A DNA stretch of 64,000 nt from Halodesulfurarchaeum sp. (lineage in GTDB: Archaea; Halobacteriota; Halobacteria; Halobacteriales; Halobacteriaceae): assembly GCA_034520565.1 (NCBI GenBank), contig JAXHNL010000002.1, positions 704,001-768,000 on the forward strand, in the 5' to 3' direction. A program made the position numbers and the translations under genes. Positions 60,301 through 64,000 of the stretch are shown here, piece after piece. Under the pieces are notes generated by a model. That model did not search any database. It saw only the letters and a list, made by a program, of their open reading frames with translations, and was not told the DNA's origin. The stretch's first letter is position 1, and every line of letters starts with the position of its first letter.

Positions 60301-63135
60301 CTACGAGAGAAGAATCGCCGGTCGGAACGGTTCCGCCTGACCTGCCTTTTCGGCGTCGGAATCGGCTTCGGGGACGACCTCGACCGTCGCGTCGAACTCA
60401 CCCTCGAGGAACGCGGCGGCCTCCTCGTAGAGCTCTCGCTCGTCGATTTCGGTCATTGCCTCCAGTTCGGCGTCGTCGAGTCCGCGGACGGTCTCGATCA
60501 GCTCCCCGACGAGGTCGTTCACGGTCTCGCCGCGCTCTCTGAGGTCCGGGTCCGCCATGACCTGACCCATCGCCGCCCCCTGATCCGGGCCGGTCTCGAG
60601 GACGGTCTCGAAGACCTGCCCCTTCCAGTCGGCCGCGAGGAAGAGTCGGATCGTCTCGGGATCGGTCCCGGTCACGTCCACGATGTCCCGGACGTCCTCG
60701 GTGACGGCCTCGATGAGGGTCTCCTCGAACTCGACGACCGCACTCTCCAGTGACGGGTCCGGTTCGGGCCAGCCGGCGTCCTCGACGGGCTCGCCGGTCA
60801 GCTGCTCGTGGAGTTCGTTCGTCACGAACGGAATGATCGGGGCGAGCAACCGCAACCGGGTCCGGAGCACTTCGGCGCGGGTAAAGCGGGCACCCGGCCG
60901 ATCGAGGTCGGTCCGCTTCCGGTACCAGCGAAGCGCCTCCTCGAGCTGGTAGAACGCGTCCTGGCTGGCGTGACGGGTGCTGAACCCGTCCATCGCCTCG
61001 GTGACGTCCCGGACGATTCCCTGGAGCTTCGACAGCAGCCACCGATCGATGCGTTCGAGGTGGGGCTGGGCTTCGGATATGTCGGCCCGAATGACTTCCT
61101 GGGCCCGGCGCCAGAATCCCGCGAGCTGGTCCCGGGTCCCCTGGACGTCCTCGGCCCGCCAGTCGTAGTCCTGCCAGGGCTCCGCGGAGTTCAACAGGAA
61201 GAACCGCACGGTGTCTGCGCCGTACTCCTCGATGGCCTCGGTGGGGAGCACGACGTGGCCCTTCGAAGAGGACATCTTGGTGCCTTCGAGCAGGCCCATG
61301 CCCATGATGGTAATTCCCTGGGGCCACTGGGGCTCTTCGAAGAGTTCGGCGTGATGGAAGAGGTAAAAGGAGAGGTGATTGGAGATGAGGTCGTTCGCGG
61401 AACACCGGTAGTCCACGGGGTACCAGTAGTCCCACTCCTCGCGCAAGTCGAGGGCCTGCTCGTCAGGTTCGGTTACCGCCTCCGGCCCGTAGAACAGCGT
61501 GTCGAAGAACTCCCGGGTGAGATCCTCGGTCGGAACCTCGTCGATCCGGTGGGCAATCGTGTAGTAGGCCATGTAGATCGTCGAGTCCGAGAGCGGCTCG
61601 ATGACGAAGTCCTCGTCCCACGGAAGCCGGGTGCCCAATCCGTAGTTCCGGATGCAGGGCCACTCGTTCAGCCAGTCGATCGTGTGATAGTACTGCTCCC
61701 GGGTGTTCTCCGGGATCGCGTCCATGTTCTCGACGATTTTCCGGGTCTGTTCCTTCCAGTCCTCGTCGCTGTAGCTCAGAAACCAGGTGTCCTGCTTTGC
61801 GACCTCGACGTCCCCGCCACACCGGCAGACGACCTCCTCGCTGAACTCGTGCATCGAGTCGAAGGCTCCCCGAGACTGGAAGTGCTCGTCCAGCTCCTCA
61901 CGAACCTCCTCGATGAGCCGTCCGGCGTATTCGTCGTACAGGTCTTTGAGCCGACCGGCATGGAACTCGCGGTTGTACACCTCCTGGGTCGCCTCCTCCA
62001 GGGCCGGATCGTCCTGGCCCTGGATGTCGTATTCCTCGACGGCGTCTTTCGCCGGGAACTCCCCGTAGCCCTCGACGTCGATGATGGACCGTGGCTTGAT
62101 TCCCTCGACCGCGTCGGGGTCGATGCCGAACTCCGCCATCAGTGCGTCGTCGGCTTTGGCTTCTTCGAGAGCCACCCAGTCGTCCGGGCTGTGGCCCGGG
62201 ACGGACATGACGATCCCCGTGGCGTTCTCGGGGTCGACGAAGCTGGCGGGCAAGATGAGCACCTCCTCACCGGTGACGGGATTCTCGACCGTCTCGCCGA
62301 CCAGCGCCTCGCCGTCGAACTCCCGATTGACCGTAATATCTCGCTGCTGAAGTTCGAGTTTCTCCACGGCCGGGACCGAAACGATCCAGTCCTCGCCGTC
62401 GACGGTGGCCTCGACGTATCGCCCCTCGGGGAGAATGAAGGCGTTCGTGACCCCCCGGACGGTCTCGGGGCGGAGCGTGGCCATCGGAATCGTCACCCCG
62501 TCGTGGTCGAACTTGATGAGCGTGTACTCCTGGAACTCGGCCTCCTCGCCCTCGAGGATGTCGTGGGTCGTGACCGGGTTCTCCTCCTCGGTGCAGTACT
62601 TGACGGGGTGAAGCCCTTTCTCTAGCCGGCCCCGGTCCCGGAGGGTCTCGTACTGCCAGGTGATGAACTTCGAGTAGCGCTCGTCGTTCGTGGTGAACTC
62701 CCGGCGCCAGTCGATCGAGAGCCCCAGGGACTGCATGTTCTGCTTGTAGTGGTTCTCGATGAAGTAGCGGGCATATCCCATCGGCGTCTCGAGGTCGGAG
62801 AGCTCGTCCTCGGGAACGCCGTAGGTGTCACGGAGCACCGAGAGCTGTTCCTCCTCGCCCTTCTGGAGCCGGTTGACGGCCCCGACGATCGGCGTGCCGG
62901 TGACGTGCCAGCCGATCGGGAAGAGCACGTTGTCCCCCTGGAGGCGCCGATATCGGGCGTACACGTCCGGGACCGTGTACGTGCGTGCGTGGCCGATGTG
63001 CATCCCGCCGCTGGGGTAGGGATACGGGACGGTGACGAAGGTCGCCTCCTCGTCGTCGGGGTCGACCTCGTATCGCCCGTCTTCGGCCCAGCGCTCCTGC
63101 CACTTCCGCTCGATGTCCCGGGGGGGATAGTCCAT
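60301..63135 (-). CDS. leuS: Leucine--tRNA ligase
   Basis: PYPYPSGGMHIGH, ATLRPET, KMSSSKG. Confidence 0.96.
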   Translation of the reverse strand: MDYPPRDIERKWQERWAEDGRYEVDPDDEEATFVTVPYPYPSGGMHIGHARTYTVPDVYARYRRLQGDNVLFPIGWHVTGTPIVGAVNRLQKGEEEQLSVLRDTYGVPEDELSDLETPMGYARYFIENHYKQNMQSLGLSIDWRREFTTNDERYSKFITWQYETLRDRGRLEKGLHPVKYCTEEENPVTTHDILEGEEAEFQEYTLIKFDHDGVTIPMATLRPETVRGVTNAFILPEGRYVEATVDGEDWIVSVPAVEKLELQQRDITVNREFDGEALVGETVENPVTGEEVLILPASFVDPENATGIVMSVPGHSPDDWVALEEAKADDALMAEFGIDPDAVEGIKPRSIIDVEGYGEFPAKDAVEEYDIQGQDDPALEEATQEVYNREFHAGRLKDLYDEYAGRLIEEVREELDEHFQSRGAFDSMHEFSEEVVCRCGGDVEVAKQDTWFLSYSDEDWKEQTRKIVENMDAIPENTREQYYHTIDWLNEWPCIRNYGLGTRLPWDEDFVIEPLSDSTIYMAYYTIAHRIDEVPTEDLTREFFDTLFYGPEAVTEPDEQALDLREEWDYWYPVDYRCSANDLISNHLSFYLFHHAELFEEPQWPQGITIMGMGLLEGTKMSSSKGHVVLPTEAIEEYGADTVRFFLLNSAEPWQDYDWRAEDVQGTRDQLAGFWRRAQEVIRADISEAQPHLERIDRWLLSKLQGIVRDVTEAMDGFSTRHASQDAFYQLEEALRWYRKRTDLDRPGARFTRAEVLRTRLRLLAPIIPFVTNELHEQLTGEPVEDAGWPEPDPSLESAVVEFEETLIEAVTEDVRDIVDVTGTDPETIRLFLAADWKGQVFETVLETGPDQGAAMGQVMADPDLRERGETVNDLVGELIETVRGLDDAELEAMTEIDERELYEEAAAFLEGEFDATVEVVPEADSDAEKAGQAEPFRPAILLS

Positions 63136-63252
63136 ACCACTGGGTCTCGGGGCGGCGATAAAAGGACTTGTGACACCGGCTCGAACTCCTGCGGGCGGCG
63201 TTCCCGACGATGTCTCGGTCCGTCGACGCAGCCTCGACGGGCCGGGTTTGGC

Positions 63253-63687
63253 TTACTCGATGTCGATGCGGTGGGCGTCCTCGCCCCTCTCGGCCTTCGG
63301 GAGGCAGACGGTTAGCACGCCGTTCGTGAAGGTTGCCTCGACGTCGTCGGCTTCGACACGTCCTGGGAGGGTGACCCGTCGGTCAACGGAGCGTTCGCGT
63401 CGCTCCCGGCGGACGTACCGGCCCGGCTCCGCTTCCTCCGACTCGGACTCGCTCTCGGCCTGGATCCGGAGCTGGTCCTCGAGGAGTTCGACCTCGATGT
63501 CCTCGCTTTCGTAGCCCGGCAGATCGGCGGTGACCTCGAAGGCGTCGTCGAACTCCGCGACGTCGACCTTGAGCCGGCCCGGCCAGGCCGATTCGATTCC
63601 GCTCCACTGTTCGACGTCCTGGAACTGGTCGCTCATTCGCTCGAAGAGGCGTTCGATCTCGTCGATGGGGGATGGCTTTCTGGTCAT
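63253..63687 (-). CDS. Hsp20/alpha-crystallin protein
   Basis: ADLPG, ATFTNGVLTV.LPK. Confidence 0.92.
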   Translation of the reverse strand: MTRKPSPIDEIERLFERMSDQFQDVEQWSGIESAWPGRLKVDVAEFDDAFEVTADLPGYESEDIEVELLEDQLRIQAESESESEEAEPGRYVRRERRERSVDRRVTLPGRVEADDVEATFTNGVLTVCLPKAERGEDAHRIDIE

Positions 63688-63753
63688 GCAAGTATTATAT
63701 CGGTTCGCAAAGGACAAAAAGCTGTTCCTCGGATCGGACGGTTCTTCCTGCGC

Positions 63754-64000
63754 TTAGACGACGTGCTCGACGTCGTATGAGCCCATGCGCTTCACCCACC
63801 CGTTTTCGGCCAGCCCCTCGATCACCTCGATTGCGGCCTGGGTCCGCTCCTCGTAGAGGCCGGCGGCGATGTCGATGTGGAAGACGTAATCGCCCAGTCG
63901 CTCCCCGCTGGGACGGGACTCCAGCCGCGAGAGATTGATGTCGCGGTCGGCGAACGGCTCGAGCAGTTCGAGCAGCAGCCCCGGATAGTTCGTGTTCGGG
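63754..64000 (-). CDS. pheA: Prephenate dehydratase, C-terminal ACT domain (partial)
   Basis: PGLLLELLEPFADRDINLSRLESRPSG...YVFHID...GSYD. Confidence 0.9.
   Translation of the reverse strand, partial: PNTNYPGLLLELLEPFADRDINLSRLESRPSGERLGDYVFHIDIAAGLYEERTQAAIEVIEGLAENGWVKRMGSYDVEHVV

Overview
GC-rich haloarchaeal (Halobacteria-type) chromosomal window. Housekeeping genes (pus10, trmY, thiL, rps19e, ahcY, hisG, tbp, rfc, rnz, tyrS, aIF-1A, rio1, thermosome, leuS, pheA) are interrupted by three accessory blocks. (1) A ~20 kb provirus (about 2830-22874) is integrated into the 3' end of tRNA-Pro(CGG). It carries a morphogenesis operon resembling tailless icosahedral membrane-containing viruses of the Halopanivirales (FtsK-HerA packaging ATPase, small and large single-jelly-roll capsid proteins, penton-like and Gly-rich spike proteins). 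This is joined to an SNJ2-family integrase/repressor module of the kind known from pleolipoviruses. It also has a second, catalytic-domain-only tyrosine recombinase with a 9-7-9 inverted-repeat site, an ORF split by the att site and rejoined on excision, AT-rich cargo including a subtilase, and no recognisable replication protein. (2) A FixABCX-type ETF operon. (3) A ~10.7 kb arsenic/metal cluster with Acr3, ArsC, two ArsR, ArsP, two short proteins ending in Cys-Cys, an M20 hydrolase and a ferredoxin-DUF169 fusion. Many provirus genes carry 1-nt indels, most likely long-read errors, so coordinates of reconstructed genes are approximate. All family calls are by eye from motifs and recalled sequences; no searches were run.
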